In this document: positions 1-9,470 of the stretch, in pieces
How positions within the stretch are numbered: the first letter of the stretch is position 1
Layout of the letters: the number at the start of each line of letters is the position of its first letter
Assembly: GCA_034520945.1 (NCBI GenBank)
Contig: JAXHNB010000002.1
Coordinates: 32,001-96,000 of the forward strand
DNA length: 64,000 nt
Source of the DNA: Trueperaceae bacterium
GTDB lineage: Bacteria; Deinococcota; Deinococci; Deinococcales; Trueperaceae
Direction: 5' to 3'
Made by a program: the position numbers and the translations under genes
Notes under the pieces: generated by a model
The model's input: the letters and a program-made list of their open reading frames with translations, nothing else
Told to the model about the DNA's origin: nothing
Databases searched by the model: none

Positions 1-33
1 GCGCGCGCGGCTGCAGGCGTTGGGAGCATTGTT

Positions 34-1023
34 GTGATCGTACGAACCGTGTTGGGCGACGTTTCGCCGGAAACACTTGGCCTCACCCTGGGGCACGAGC
101 ACCTGGTCGCGCGGCCGCCGAGTGACGTGGAGGACGACGACCTGCGGCTGGACGACGAGGCGGCGGCGGTCCGGGAGGCCACGGCGTTCCATGAGGCCGG
201 CGGCGGGGCGATCGTCGAGATGACCACCGTCGACTACGGACGTGACGCGGCCGCGCTGGCCGAGGTGTCGCGGCGCAGCGGCGTGCACGTGATCATGGCG
301 ACCGGGTTCAACAAGGGCCGCTTCGCCGACCCCATCGTGGCGCGGCACAATGATGAGGCGCTGGCCGCCTGGATGACGCACGAGGTGCGCGTCGGCGCGC
401 TGCCGTACGTGCCGCCCGAGCGGGTCGCGCTGAACGTGCCCCGCACGAAGCGGCCCGTTGCGGCCGAACCGGAGGCACCCAGGGCGGGCCTGATCAAGGC
501 GTCCACCGGCGCGGGGGGCCCTGGAGAGCAAGAGAGGCGCGTGCTGGAGGCCGCCGTCACCGCCCATCACGCCACCGGCGCACCGATCGGCACGCACACC
601 GAACGCGCCGATTGGGGCCTGGAGCAGGCGCAGTACTTCGTGGCCAGCGGGGTGCCGCCCGACCAGGTGTTGATCGGCCACCTCGACTTCCGGCCGGAAC
701 TGCCCTACTTGCTGGAGGTCGCCTCCACCGGCGTGTACCTGGGCTTCGATCAGTTCTCGAAGCACAAGTACCTGGCGGACGAGGCCCGGGTCCGGCTGGT
801 GACGGGGCTTGCCTCGGAGGGGTACCTGCATCACATGATCGTGAGCGGCGACCTGGCGCGACGGTCGTACTGGCCCGCTTATGGCGACGACGCCGCCCCG
901 GGCCTGTCGCACGTTCCGCGGACGGTGGCGGGCATGCTCCGCGCGGAAGGGTGGCGCGAGGCGGACGTGGAGGTGCTGCTTCGGGAGAATCCGCAGCGCT
1001 GGCTGCAGTTCACGCCGAACTAG
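34..1023 (+). CDS. Phosphotriesterase-family (PTE/PHP-like) metallo-amidohydrolase
   Basis: IVRTVLG start, TLGHEHL (HxH), LIKAST (bridging Lys), GTHT, IGHLD and SGDLAR metal-ligand motifs. Confidence 0.88.
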   Translation: MIVRTVLGDVSPETLGLTLGHEHLVARPPSDVEDDDLRLDDEAAAVREATAFHEAGGGAIVEMTTVDYGRDAAALAEVSRRSGVHVIMATGFNKGRFADPIVARHNDEALAAWMTHEVRVGALPYVPPERVALNVPRTKRPVAAEPEAPRAGLIKASTGAGGPGEQERRVLEAAVTAHHATGAPIGTHTERADWGLEQAQYFVASGVPPDQVLIGHLDFRPELPYLLEVASTGVYLGFDQFSKHKYLADEARVRLVTGLASEGYLHHMIVSGDLARRSYWPAYGDDAAPGLSHVPRTVAGMLRAEGWREADVEVLLRENPQRWLQFTPN

Positions 1024-2360
1024 GGGTGGGGCCCATGCTGGCCCCTGTCCGTCTGTCCGCGCGCACCCGGGTGAGTTCGCCCCTCAGCATCCGGTCCCAC
1101 GTCTGCAGTCCGTGCCGCCGCACCGCGGCCTGCGCGCGCAGCGCGTGATGCTCGGCGCGGAGCCGGTCGCCCGCGTGGCGGTACAGCGCTTCGGCGGCGC
1201 GACGCGCGGCGACCTCGTCGACCACCACGGCGTGCTCCCGCGCGTCGTGAAGCGCTTCGTGAGCCAGGGCGAGGCACGCCTCGGTCGTGCCGCCGCTGCG
1301 GTGAAGCGCGCAGGCCGCGAGCGCCCGGTGCGGCGTGCTGCCGAAGGGCAGGCCCGCCGCGCGCAACCAGTCGTTCGATCGATCGGCGGCGCGCCCGAAG
1401 TGCTGCGCCGCCTCCTCGGCGTCGTGATGCAGGTACACCGCCAGGTAGCCGAGGGCCCCCTCGCGGACGCTGTCGATCCAGCCGATGTCGGCGCGCCGGG
1501 AACCGGGGCCGGACGCGAACGCTGCCAGCTCGCCGGCGGCGCGGTCGGCGGCGTGGCAGGCCATGATCTGGGCGCGTACGGAGGCCAGCATCGTTTCGGC
1601 GTCCCGCCGTGTGACCGGCGAGGCGGCCTCGTCGGCCGCGTCGGCGTGTTGCCAGCAGGTCGCGTGCCCTACTGGCGTGGCGCTCCGCCTCCGCCAGGTC
1701 GCCGGTGAACAGGCCGGGCATGGTGCAGACGTCGCCGAAGTACAGCGCCAGCTCGATCCGGTTCAGGTAGCTGCCGCCGGCACGGACCAGCAGTTCCTGC
1801 ACGCTGCGCGCGCGTACCCCGAAGGTCCCGGCGTGATGCCAGACGTGCAGCATGGCGCGCACCAGTTCCGGCAGCGCGGGGACGTCGCGATGGTCGAAGC
1901 CCACCTCGGCGATGCGGGCGATCAGCAACGTCGCGCGTTCGGCCAGATCGATGCGCTCACGGGGCCGCAGGCCGGGCGCGAACGCCAACACCAACGGACC
2001 GGAGTAGATGTGCCAGTCGGTGCCCCGGCCCATGTGCCGGGCGAGCTCGGCGGCCAGGTTCTCGGCGATGCGGTCGATCCGGTCCAGGCGGTGGGCCAGC
2101 TCGTGGTGCACGCGCAACCGTTCGGCGTGGCGGGGCGCGAGCCGTTCCACTTCGGCGACGAGGCGTGCGCCGATCCGGTCCGAGACGTGCTGCTGACGTC
2201 CGCGACGCCAGTTGCGGGCGCTGGATACGGAGACGCCGAAGCGTGCCGCGACGGCGCGGTCGGCCGCCCGCGCCCCATGGCCGGGCTCCAGATCACCGAT
2301 CTCCTGCAGAACGCGGACCAGGACGGTGTAGCTGCGTTGCGCCAGCGTGACGTCGTCCAC
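1010..2360 (-). CDS. Hypothetical protein with N-terminal HTH and helical C-terminal region; split by a frameshift near 1647
   Basis: ADRAVAARFGVSVSSARNWRRG is HTH-like. ORF 1020..2399 turns to off-frame-looking sequence after ARDLLAT and continues in another frame (DAADEAASPVTRRDAETMLASVRAQ..., ORF 1010..1591). GTG at 2360 lies 5 nt downstream of TGC-TAGGCT. Confidence 0.55.
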
Positions 2361-2365
2361 GCCGC

Positions 2366-2418
2366 AGCCTAGCAGACTTGCCCCACCCGATTGCCCCACC
2401 TAGGCGTGGTGCTAGCGT
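2366..2418. promoter_or_regulatory. Divergent promoter region with a 10-bp direct repeat TTGCCCCACC (2378-2387, 2391-2400)
   Basis: Minus strand has extended -10 TGC-TAGGCT before GTG 2360; plus strand has TTGCCC-N16-TAGCGT; the exact direct repeat overlaps the plus-strand -35. Confidence 0.45.
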
Positions 2419-2528
2419 CGAAGCGTAGGCACCAGAGTCGGGGGTTCTCGCCGGTCCGCCCGGGCCGGTCCGCGGAGCGGTAGGTCGCTGCGCGACGGGA
2501 ACACCCATGGACGTACGGGAGGTCACGC

Positions 2529-3794
2529 ATGGAACGCATCCGCCGTCTCGCCCTCGCCCTCGCCGCCCTCGCCTTCGCCGCTGCTGGGCTGGCCCAGACC
2601 GAGGTCACCGTCTGGTTCCACAGCGGCAAAGGACCCGAACGCGAGGCCCTCGCCGCCCAGGTCCAGGCGTTCAACGCCCAGCAGGACCAGTACCGGGTGG
2701 TGGCCGACCAGTTGCCGGAAGGCACCTACAACGATCAGGTCCAGGCAGCCGCGCTGTCGAACGACCTGCCCTGCCTGCTGGACTTCGACGGCCCCTTCAT
2801 CTACAACTACGCGTGGAGCGGCTTCCTGCAACCCATCGACCGCTACGTGAGCGACGACCTTCGTGCCGACGTGCTGCCCAGCATTCTGGACCAGGGCACC
2901 TACGCGGGCGACCTGTACAGCCTGGGCACCTTCGATAGCGGTCTGGGCATCTACGCCAACCGGCGCTACCTGGAAGCCGCCGGCGTGCGCATCCCCACCG
3001 GCGTCGAGGACGCATGGACGCTGGAGGAGTTCGAGGACGCGCTCGCGAAACTCACCGCCTTGGACGAGGTGGAGTACGCGCTGGACCTCAAGTTCAACTA
3101 CGGCCAGGGCGAATGGTTCACCTACGGCTTTGCGCCCATCCTCTGGAGCGCGGGGGCCGGCCTGGTGGACCGGGACGGGTACCAGAACGCGGACCCGTTG
3201 CGTAGCGACGAAGCGGTCACCGCCATGGAGCACTTCCAGAGCTGGTTCGAGAACGGCTGGACCACCAACGCGCCCGCCGGCGACGTCGACTTCCACGAAC
3301 GCCAGGTCGCCGCCATGTCCTGGGTCGGGCACTGGCAGTACAACTCCCACGTCGAAGCCCTCGGCGACGACCTGGTGCTGGTACCGCTTCCCGACTTCGG
3401 GACCGGCTCCAAGACCGGGCTCGGCTCCTGGAACTGGGGCATCACCACCAGCTGCAGCGAACCCGACGGCGCATGGGCGTTCCTCGAGTTCCTGATGCAG
3501 CCCCAGGAGATCCTCCGCATGACCGACGCCAACGGCGCGGTCCCCGCGCGCTTCTCCGCCATCGAGATGTCGGAGCTGTACGGCGGGGACGGCCCGCTGT
3601 CCCTGTTCGTCGACCAGCTCGAGTCGTCGGCGGTCGCACGCCCGCAGACGCCGGCCTACCCGGTGATCACCGACGCGTTCGCCGAGGCGGTCGCCAACAT
3701 CGCGAGCGGCGCCGACGTCGAGGCGGAGCTGAACCGGGCCGCCGACCGCATCGAACAGGACATCGAGGACAACCGGGGCTACCCCACCGACTGA
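2529..3794 (+). CDS. Carbohydrate ABC transporter substrate-binding protein (CUT1)
   Basis: GGGAGG RBS, signal peptide ending LAQ, LPCLLDFDGP and GSWNWGI motifs, ARPQTPAYP C-terminal motif. Confidence 0.92.
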   Translation: MERIRRLALALAALAFAAAGLAQTEVTVWFHSGKGPEREALAAQVQAFNAQQDQYRVVADQLPEGTYNDQVQAAALSNDLPCLLDFDGPFIYNYAWSGFLQPIDRYVSDDLRADVLPSILDQGTYAGDLYSLGTFDSGLGIYANRRYLEAAGVRIPTGVEDAWTLEEFEDALAKLTALDEVEYALDLKFNYGQGEWFTYGFAPILWSAGAGLVDRDGYQNADPLRSDEAVTAMEHFQSWFENGWTTNAPAGDVDFHERQVAAMSWVGHWQYNSHVEALGDDLVLVPLPDFGTGSKTGLGSWNWGITTSCSEPDGAWAFLEFLMQPQEILRMTDANGAVPARFSAIEMSELYGGDGPLSLFVDQLESSAVARPQTPAYPVITDAFAEAVANIASGADVEAELNRAADRIEQDIEDNRGYPTD

Positions 3795-3809
3795 CCCGAG
3801 CGCCGGACG

Positions 3810-3843
3810 GCGACGGGCCCGCCACCACGGACGGGTCCGTCGC
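3810..3843 (+). terminator. Intercistronic stem-loop after SBP gene (mRNA stabiliser/attenuator)
   Basis: GCGACGGGCCCG ... CGGGTCCGTCGC inverted repeat; no U-tract. Confidence 0.45.
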
Positions 3844-3885
3844 TCCCGCAGCATGTCCGCGTACCGCGTCCGTGAGGAGGCCTTC

Positions 3886-4830
3886 GTGAGCTCGACGTCG
3901 CCCTCGCCCCCACGGCCTCTCGGCCGGCGGCGCACGCTCCGCCAAAGCGAAGCGCGCGCCGCATGGGCCGTGTCGCTGCCCGCCCTGCTGCTGCTGACGG
4001 TGTTCCTGATCGTGCCGTTCGTGCTGGCGTTCGTGCTGGCGTTTACCGACCAGCGCCTCATTCCAAACCCCCGGCTGCCGACGGAGTTCGTGGGGTTGCG
4101 CAACTTCCGGCGCATCCTCGAGGACCCCACCTTTCAGCGTGCGCTGCTGAACAACTTCGCGTTCGCCGCGTTCGTCGTGCCGCTCCAATCCGCCCTGGCG
4201 TTGGGCATGGCGATGCTGGTCAACCGCCGCATCCGCGGCTCGCTGGTCTTCCGCACCATCTATTTCTCGCCGGTCGTCACCACCATGGTGGTGGTCTCGG
4301 CCATATGGTTCCTGCTGTACAACCCCGACGAAGGGTTCATCAACGCGTTCCTCAGCGCGATCAGCTTCGGGACCATCCCCGCCATCGAATGGCTCCAGGA
4401 CACCCGGACCGCGCTGCTCGCGATCGGCATTCTCTCCGTCTGGCAGGGCGTCGGCTTCCAGATGGTGATCTTCCTGGCCGGGCTGCAGGAGATCCCCGTC
4501 CAGCTCTACGAAGCGGCACGCATCGACGGCGCCAATCGCGTGCAGACGTTCTGGAACATCACCCTTCCCAGCCTGCGAAACACCACCATCTTCGTGATCA
4601 TCTCCACCACCATCCTGGCGTTCCGCCTCTACGACCAGGTCAAGATCATGACGCAGGGAGGTCCGCAGAACGCGACCCAGACGGTCGTCTATCAGATCGA
4701 GCGGGTCGGGTTCTCGCAGTTGCGGGTCGGCTACGCGTCGGCGCTGACGGTGGTGTTCTTCCTCATCGTGCTGGCCGTGGCGATGCTGCAACGGCGCTTC
4801 CTGCGCGAGGAGAGGACGGTGCGCGAATGA
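3886..4830 (+). CDS. Carbohydrate ABC transporter permease
   Basis: GAGGAGG RBS before GTG 3886; EAA loop LYEAARIDGA; multiple TM segments. Confidence 0.92.
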   Translation: MSSTSPSPPRPLGRRRTLRQSEARAAWAVSLPALLLLTVFLIVPFVLAFVLAFTDQRLIPNPRLPTEFVGLRNFRRILEDPTFQRALLNNFAFAAFVVPLQSALALGMAMLVNRRIRGSLVFRTIYFSPVVTTMVVVSAIWFLLYNPDEGFINAFLSAISFGTIPAIEWLQDTRTALLAIGILSVWQGVGFQMVIFLAGLQEIPVQLYEAARIDGANRVQTFWNITLPSLRNTTIFVIISTTILAFRLYDQVKIMTQGGPQNATQTVVYQIERVGFSQLRVGYASALTVVFFLIVLAVAMLQRRFLREERTVRE

Positions 4831-5666
4831 CGCGGGAGAACCTGGCGCGCAACCTGCTCGACTACCTGTTCATGACGGTGTTGGCCGCCTTCTTCCTGTT
4901 CCCCGTCGTCATCATGCTGGTCGCGAGTTTCAAACCGGACGACGGCATGATCATGCGGCATATGAGTTCACCGCTGGCGTTCGTCCCGACCGAGGTCTCG
5001 CTGCAGAACTACCGCGACGTGTTCGACAACGTCGCCTTCCTCACGGCGATGCGCAACTCGGTGCTGATCGTCGGGTCGATCGTGGGCGTCGGCCTGTTCG
5101 TCAACAGCCTGATCGCCTACGGCCTGGCGCGCTTCCGCTTTCGGGGGCGCAACCTCCTGGTCGGCCTCGTCATCGCGCTGATCATCATTCCGTTCGAGTC
5201 GATTGCCGTGCCGCTGCTGCTGCTCGTCAACCGCTTCGGCTGGTTGAACACCCTCTACGTCCAGGCGATTCCGTTCATCGCCGACGCGTTCTCGATCTTC
5301 CTGTTCTATCAGTTCTTCATCCAACTGCCCGCCGACCTGGAAGAGGCCGCCATCGTCGACGGCGCCAGCCGCCTGCGGATCTACTGGTCGATCCTGCTGC
5401 CGCTCTCGCGCCCGATCATCGCGACGGTCACCATCCTGCTGTTCCTGCGCCACTGGGGACAGCTGCTGTGGCCGGTCATGGTGGCCCGCAGCGAGGAGGT
5501 ACGCCCCCTGACGGTCGCCATGCAGCAGTTCTTCGGGCAGCAGCCACGGGAGTGGGGCCAGATCATGGCGTTCGCAGCCATGATCACCATCCCCGTGCTG
5601 ATCGTGTACCTTTTGTTCAACCGCTGGTTCGTGCAGAGCATCGCCTCGAGCGGCGTCAAGGGATGA
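4827..5666 (+). CDS. Carbohydrate ABC transporter permease
   Basis: ATGA overlap with upstream permease; LEEAAIVDGA motif; ends SIASSGVKG. Confidence 0.92.
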   Translation: MTRENLARNLLDYLFMTVLAAFFLFPVVIMLVASFKPDDGMIMRHMSSPLAFVPTEVSLQNYRDVFDNVAFLTAMRNSVLIVGSIVGVGLFVNSLIAYGLARFRFRGRNLLVGLVIALIIIPFESIAVPLLLLVNRFGWLNTLYVQAIPFIADAFSIFLFYQFFIQLPADLEEAAIVDGASRLRIYWSILLPLSRPIIATVTILLFLRHWGQLLWPVMVARSEEVRPLTVAMQQFFGQQPREWGQIMAFAAMITIPVLIVYLLFNRWFVQSIASSGVKG

Positions 5667-5706
5667 GTTCCACGATCCCGAACGCCCGGCCCGACGGTCG
5701 CCGGCC

Positions 5707-7155
5707 GTGACGGCGCCGGTGGGCCTTCACTTCGATCCCGAGCACGGCCTGTTCGGCGACCCGAAGCCCATCGCCTGGAACGGCCGCTACCACGTGTTCT
5801 TCCAGAACGCGCCGCGCCCCGACCAGTTCGACGCCATGCGCTGGGCGCACGTGGTCAGCGACGACCTGTTGCGCTGGAGGCGACTTCCCGACGCGTTGAC
5901 GCCGGACGCGGAGGGCCCCGATCGTTGCGGCTGCTGGACCGGCAGCGTCGTGCGTCACGAAGGGGTGTTCCACGCCTTCTACACCGGCGTGGCCGGACCT
6001 GACGGGCACGGGCAGAGCGTGTGCCGGGCCGAGAGCGACGACCTGATCCACTGGCGCAAGGACCCCGGAAATCCCCTCGTGGTCCCGGCGGCGCCGTTCG
6101 CGACCGGACCCGACGCGGCCTGGCGTGACCCGCAGGTGCGGCCGTTGCCGGAGGGCGGCTTCGAGATGGTCCTGACGGCCGACACGGCCGAGGGCCCGCG
6201 AAGCCTGCGCGGGTGCGTGGCGCGCCTCACCTCGTCCGACCTGCGGCGCTGGGCCGTCGATGGGTTGCTGTACCACCCCGGGGACGTGCACCGGTGCGAG
6301 TGTCCCGACGTCGTCCCGATGGTCAGCGGCTACGCATTGCTGTATTCCTCCTACGGGGTGGCGCTGCGCACCTCCGACACCCCGCGCGGCCCGTGGCGCA
6401 AGCCCCCCAACGCCCTCCTGGACGACTTCCGGTACTACGCCGCCAAGACCACCTCGGTCGACGGCCGCCGGCTGATGTTCGGCTTCCTGTTCGATCGACG
6501 GTCCCAGGACGGCGCGCCCGGCGACGGCAGCCCCTGGACCTGGGGCGGCGTGATGGCGTTCCCCCGCGAGCTGACGCTGGACGGGGTCGGCGCCCCCGCC
6601 CTGCGGCCGGTGGCCGAACTGCGGGCGTTGCGGCAGGACCCCGTGGCGCTCGGGTTCGACGCGAACGTGGCCGTGACGGGTGCGTGGTCGTGCGGAGACG
6701 ACGGCGTCGCGGGCGAGGCGCGTCCGGGCCGCGAAGAGCTCGCCGTCGCCCGGATGGGCCGCCAGCCCCAGCAGGCCGAGATCGAGCTGCGGATCCGCTG
6801 GGCACCCGATGGCACGGCGGGGCTGCTACTGCAGGCCGACGCCGCGCTCGGGCAGGGCTATTTGGTCGAACTGGACCGGGCGCGCCGCGACGTGGGCCTG
6901 CGGCGCCTGTTCCCCCACGCCAACCCGGCCAGCGTCGTGCTGCAGCGCATGGAGCTGCCGCCGGACCTGGACGACGAGATCGGCCTGCGAGCGTTTCTGG
7001 ACCGAACGGTATTGGAGCTGTTCATCGACGACCGCGTCGCGTTCAGCGCCCGCCTGTACCAGCGTCCCAGCGAGGCGTGGTGGGGGTTGGCCACGCGGGG
7101 GAGGCTGTGGACCTCCCTGCCGGAGGTGTGGCGCTTGGGCATGGCCCCGCGGTGA
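5707..7155 (+). CDS. Glycoside hydrolase family 32 (beta-fructofuranosidase/fructanase-like)
   Basis: FGDPKP (variant of WMNDPNG), YHVFFQ, WAHVVSDDL, CWTGS, WRDPQ, CECPD, YYAAKT; C-terminal beta-sandwich FLDRTVLELFI. Confidence 0.88.
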   Translation: MTAPVGLHFDPEHGLFGDPKPIAWNGRYHVFFQNAPRPDQFDAMRWAHVVSDDLLRWRRLPDALTPDAEGPDRCGCWTGSVVRHEGVFHAFYTGVAGPDGHGQSVCRAESDDLIHWRKDPGNPLVVPAAPFATGPDAAWRDPQVRPLPEGGFEMVLTADTAEGPRSLRGCVARLTSSDLRRWAVDGLLYHPGDVHRCECPDVVPMVSGYALLYSSYGVALRTSDTPRGPWRKPPNALLDDFRYYAAKTTSVDGRRLMFGFLFDRRSQDGAPGDGSPWTWGGVMAFPRELTLDGVGAPALRPVAELRALRQDPVALGFDANVAVTGAWSCGDDGVAGEARPGREELAVARMGRQPQQAEIELRIRWAPDGTAGLLLQADAALGQGYLVELDRARRDVGLRRLFPHANPASVVLQRMELPPDLDDEIGLRAFLDRTVLELFIDDRVAFSARLYQRPSEAWWGLATRGRLWTSLPEVWRLGMAPR

Positions 7156-7168
7156 CCGGCGCGGCCGC

Positions 7169-8125
7169 CTACCCCCATCCAGCGGCGCACGCGTCGGCGT
7201 CCACGCCCAGCGCCACCAGCGACAGGTAGGCCGCCCCCAGCTCGGGTGTCGTCCATGGCGTCACCGGTTCGGCGCCCCGGTCGCGAAGCGCCGCCTCGAA
7301 CGACCGCCGCACCTCCGCGTTGCCGCGCAACACGCCTCCGGAGCCGGCGACCCGCGCGGTCCCCGCCCGGGCGCCGGCGACCAGCGCCTGCTCGGCCAAC
7401 TGCCGCCCCGCCTCGGCGAGCAGGGCCGCGGCGCCCGCGTCGCCTTCCCCAGCCAAGCGGCCGACCTCTTCGGCGAACCGGGCGTGGTGACCGAGGGGCA
7501 ACGCCGGGTCGTACAGGACGTTCACGAGCCGGCGCGTCCGTTCGGACGGCGGCGCGCCCATGGCCACCCCCGCGTACGCCGCCAGCGTCCGCAGCATGGA
7601 GGTTTCCTCCGCCCGGTCCATGTCGTGCAGGGCGGAGGCGATGGCCCGTCGCGCGATCCAGTAGGCGCTGCCCTCGTCGCCGAAGCGGGGCCCCCAGCCG
7701 CCCACGCGGACCCGCTCGCCGGAGGGGCCGAAGGCCAGGCACTGGCTGCCGGTACCCGCCACCACGCACACGCCGGGCGCGCGCCCGAAGGCGGCGGCGT
7801 GGGCAATGCGCGCGTCGCTGTCGACCAGGACGTTGTCGGCTCCGATCAGCTCACGCCAACGCGTGCGTTCGTCCGCCTCTCCCGCCATGATCAGCCCCGC
7901 GATTCCGAGCGTGACGTGCCGGACCCGTCCGCGCGCTTGGTCCCGCACGGCGTGGACGGCAGCGAGGACGGCGTCGCGGCTGGCGCGCTCGCTTGTGGTA
8001 CGCGGGTTGCCGGCCTGCCGCTCGGCGCGGCCTAGGATGCGGCCGGCCAGCGACACCGCCACCGCCCGCGTGTACGTGCCGCCCACGTCGATGCCGAGGA
8101 CCAGCTCCTCGCCCGCGTCGCTCAC
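7169..8125 (-). CDS. BadF/BadG/BcrA/BcrD-family N-acetylglucosamine kinase-like protein
   Basis: LGIDVGGTYTR, DSDA, VAGTGS, GGWGPRFGDEGSAYWIA motifs. Confidence 0.88.
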   Translation of the reverse strand: MSDAGEELVLGIDVGGTYTRAVAVSLAGRILGRAERQAGNPRTTSERASRDAVLAAVHAVRDQARGRVRHVTLGIAGLIMAGEADERTRWRELIGADNVLVDSDARIAHAAAFGRAPGVCVVAGTGSQCLAFGPSGERVRVGGWGPRFGDEGSAYWIARRAIASALHDMDRAEETSMLRTLAAYAGVAMGAPPSERTRRLVNVLYDPALPLGHHARFAEEVGRLAGEGDAGAAALLAEAGRQLAEQALVAGARAGTARVAGSGGVLRGNAEVRRSFEAALRDRGAEPVTPWTTPELGAAYLSLVALGVDADACAAGWG

Positions 8126-8856
8126 AACGTGCGGACCCGGCCGCGCCAGTACGCCAGCCGTTCGGGCGACAGCGGCTCCGCCCCCTCGGTGTTGGCGCTG
8201 GCGAAGACGTCCGGCGCGGCGCCGCGTTCCAGCAGCCGCTCGGTGGCACGCGCGATCGCCGCGTTCAAAGCGAAGACGCAGGCGATCGTGCTGAGCGGTC
8301 CCACCCGCAGGCCCTCGGTCCCCACCGGCACCGCGGCGTCGCCGTAGGGGACGCCCGTGTCGACGACGAGGTCGGCGACGTCGGGCAGCTTCGCTCCGCT
8401 CGGATCGCGAGACGACACCTGCGTGACGTGCGCCAGGCTGGTGAGGGCCACCACCGTCGCGCCGCGGGCCCGGCCGCTGCGGGCCGCTTCGACGGGATAG
8501 GCGTTGCGGCCCGAGTTCGAGGCCACGACCAGCAGGTCCCGCGCGCCGATGCCGGCGTCCGCCACGACCGCGTGGGCGATGCCGGGCAGGCGTTCCAGCG
8601 CGCTGCTCCGTACCGCCCCCTCGTGCAGCATCAGCCCGGGGACCAGCAGCGGGTGCACCGCAGCCAGACCGCCGGCGCGGTAGAACGCCTCCTCGGCGAC
8701 CATGTGCCCGTGCCCGCTGCCGGTCACGTAGATCAGGCCGCCTTCCGCCACGGTGTCGGCCAGTAGCGCCGCGAAGCGTTCCAGTACCTCGCGCCGCTGG
8801 TCGAGCCCATCCAGCAGCTCCTGCACGGCGCGGTGGTAGGCGTCCAGGGCGCTCAT
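8122..8856 (-). CDS. SIS-domain sugar-phosphate protein (UPF0309 family)
   Basis: GSGHGHMVAEEAFYRAGGL, SNSGRN, VDTGVPYGDA, FASAN motifs; ATG at 8856 overlapping the GNAT stop. Confidence 0.85.
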   Translation of the reverse strand: MSALDAYHRAVQELLDGLDQRREVLERFAALLADTVAEGGLIYVTGSGHGHMVAEEAFYRAGGLAAVHPLLVPGLMLHEGAVRSSALERLPGIAHAVVADAGIGARDLLVVASNSGRNAYPVEAARSGRARGATVVALTSLAHVTQVSSRDPSGAKLPDVADLVVDTGVPYGDAAVPVGTEGLRVGPLSTIACVFALNAAIARATERLLERGAAPDVFASANTEGAEPLSPERLAYWRGRVRTL

Positions 8857-9470
8857 ACTCGGCCCCCTTCCGGCGCCTCCGGCGGGAGGAGCCCCATGAT
8901 GCACGCGTCCTCCTCGTCTTCCAGGTCGCGAAAGCCGAGGTGCCGATAGAAGCCGATGGCGCGGTGGTTGCGGCGCGCCACCCCGAGGTGGACGCCCCGG
9001 CTGCCCGCGTCGAACAGCGAGGCCAGCACCGCCTCCATCATCCGCCGGCCGAAGCCGCGCCCTTGGGCCGGGGGCAGCAGGTCCAGGTGGAGGTGGGAGG
9101 GGTAGCCTTCCAGGCGCGCAGGCGGGGTACGCGGCGGGTCGTGAAGCGACGCCACCAGCGCCGCGTCGGCGGCCGGACGTTGCGCGCGGCGGGGGTACAT
9201 GGCCCGCAGCGGCGGCCACCAGCGCGCTTCGCAGCGCGCCTCGAACGTGGCGGTGTCCAGCGCGCCGAGGGCGTAGCCGAGGACCTCGTCGCCTTCGCGC
9301 AGTACGAAGGCGTGCCGCGGTTCCAGGGCGAGGTACGGCCCGACGTAGAGGTGGCCCAGCAGGTTGGGATCGGCGAACGTGCCGGTCGCATCCTCGCCGG
9401 CGTCGCCCGTGGCGAGGCAGACGCTGTAGGCGCCGGCGAAGTCGGCCGGCCGGTAGGGATGGACCTTCAC
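8853..9470 (-). CDS. GNAT-family acetyltransferase (similar to the OGA-associated acetyltransferase-like domain)
   Basis: VCLATGDAGED, LYVGPYL, YPSHLHLDLLPPAQGRGFG (QxxGxG acetyl-CoA motif), NHRAIGFY; GTGA overlap with the GH84 stop. Confidence 0.85.
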   Translation of the reverse strand: MKVHPYRPADFAGAYSVCLATGDAGEDATGTFADPNLLGHLYVGPYLALEPRHAFVLREGDEVLGYALGALDTATFEARCEARWWPPLRAMYPRRAQRPAADAALVASLHDPPRTPPARLEGYPSHLHLDLLPPAQGRGFGRRMMEAVLASLFDAGSRGVHLGVARRNHRAIGFYRHLGFRDLEDEEDACIMGLLPPEAPEGGRV

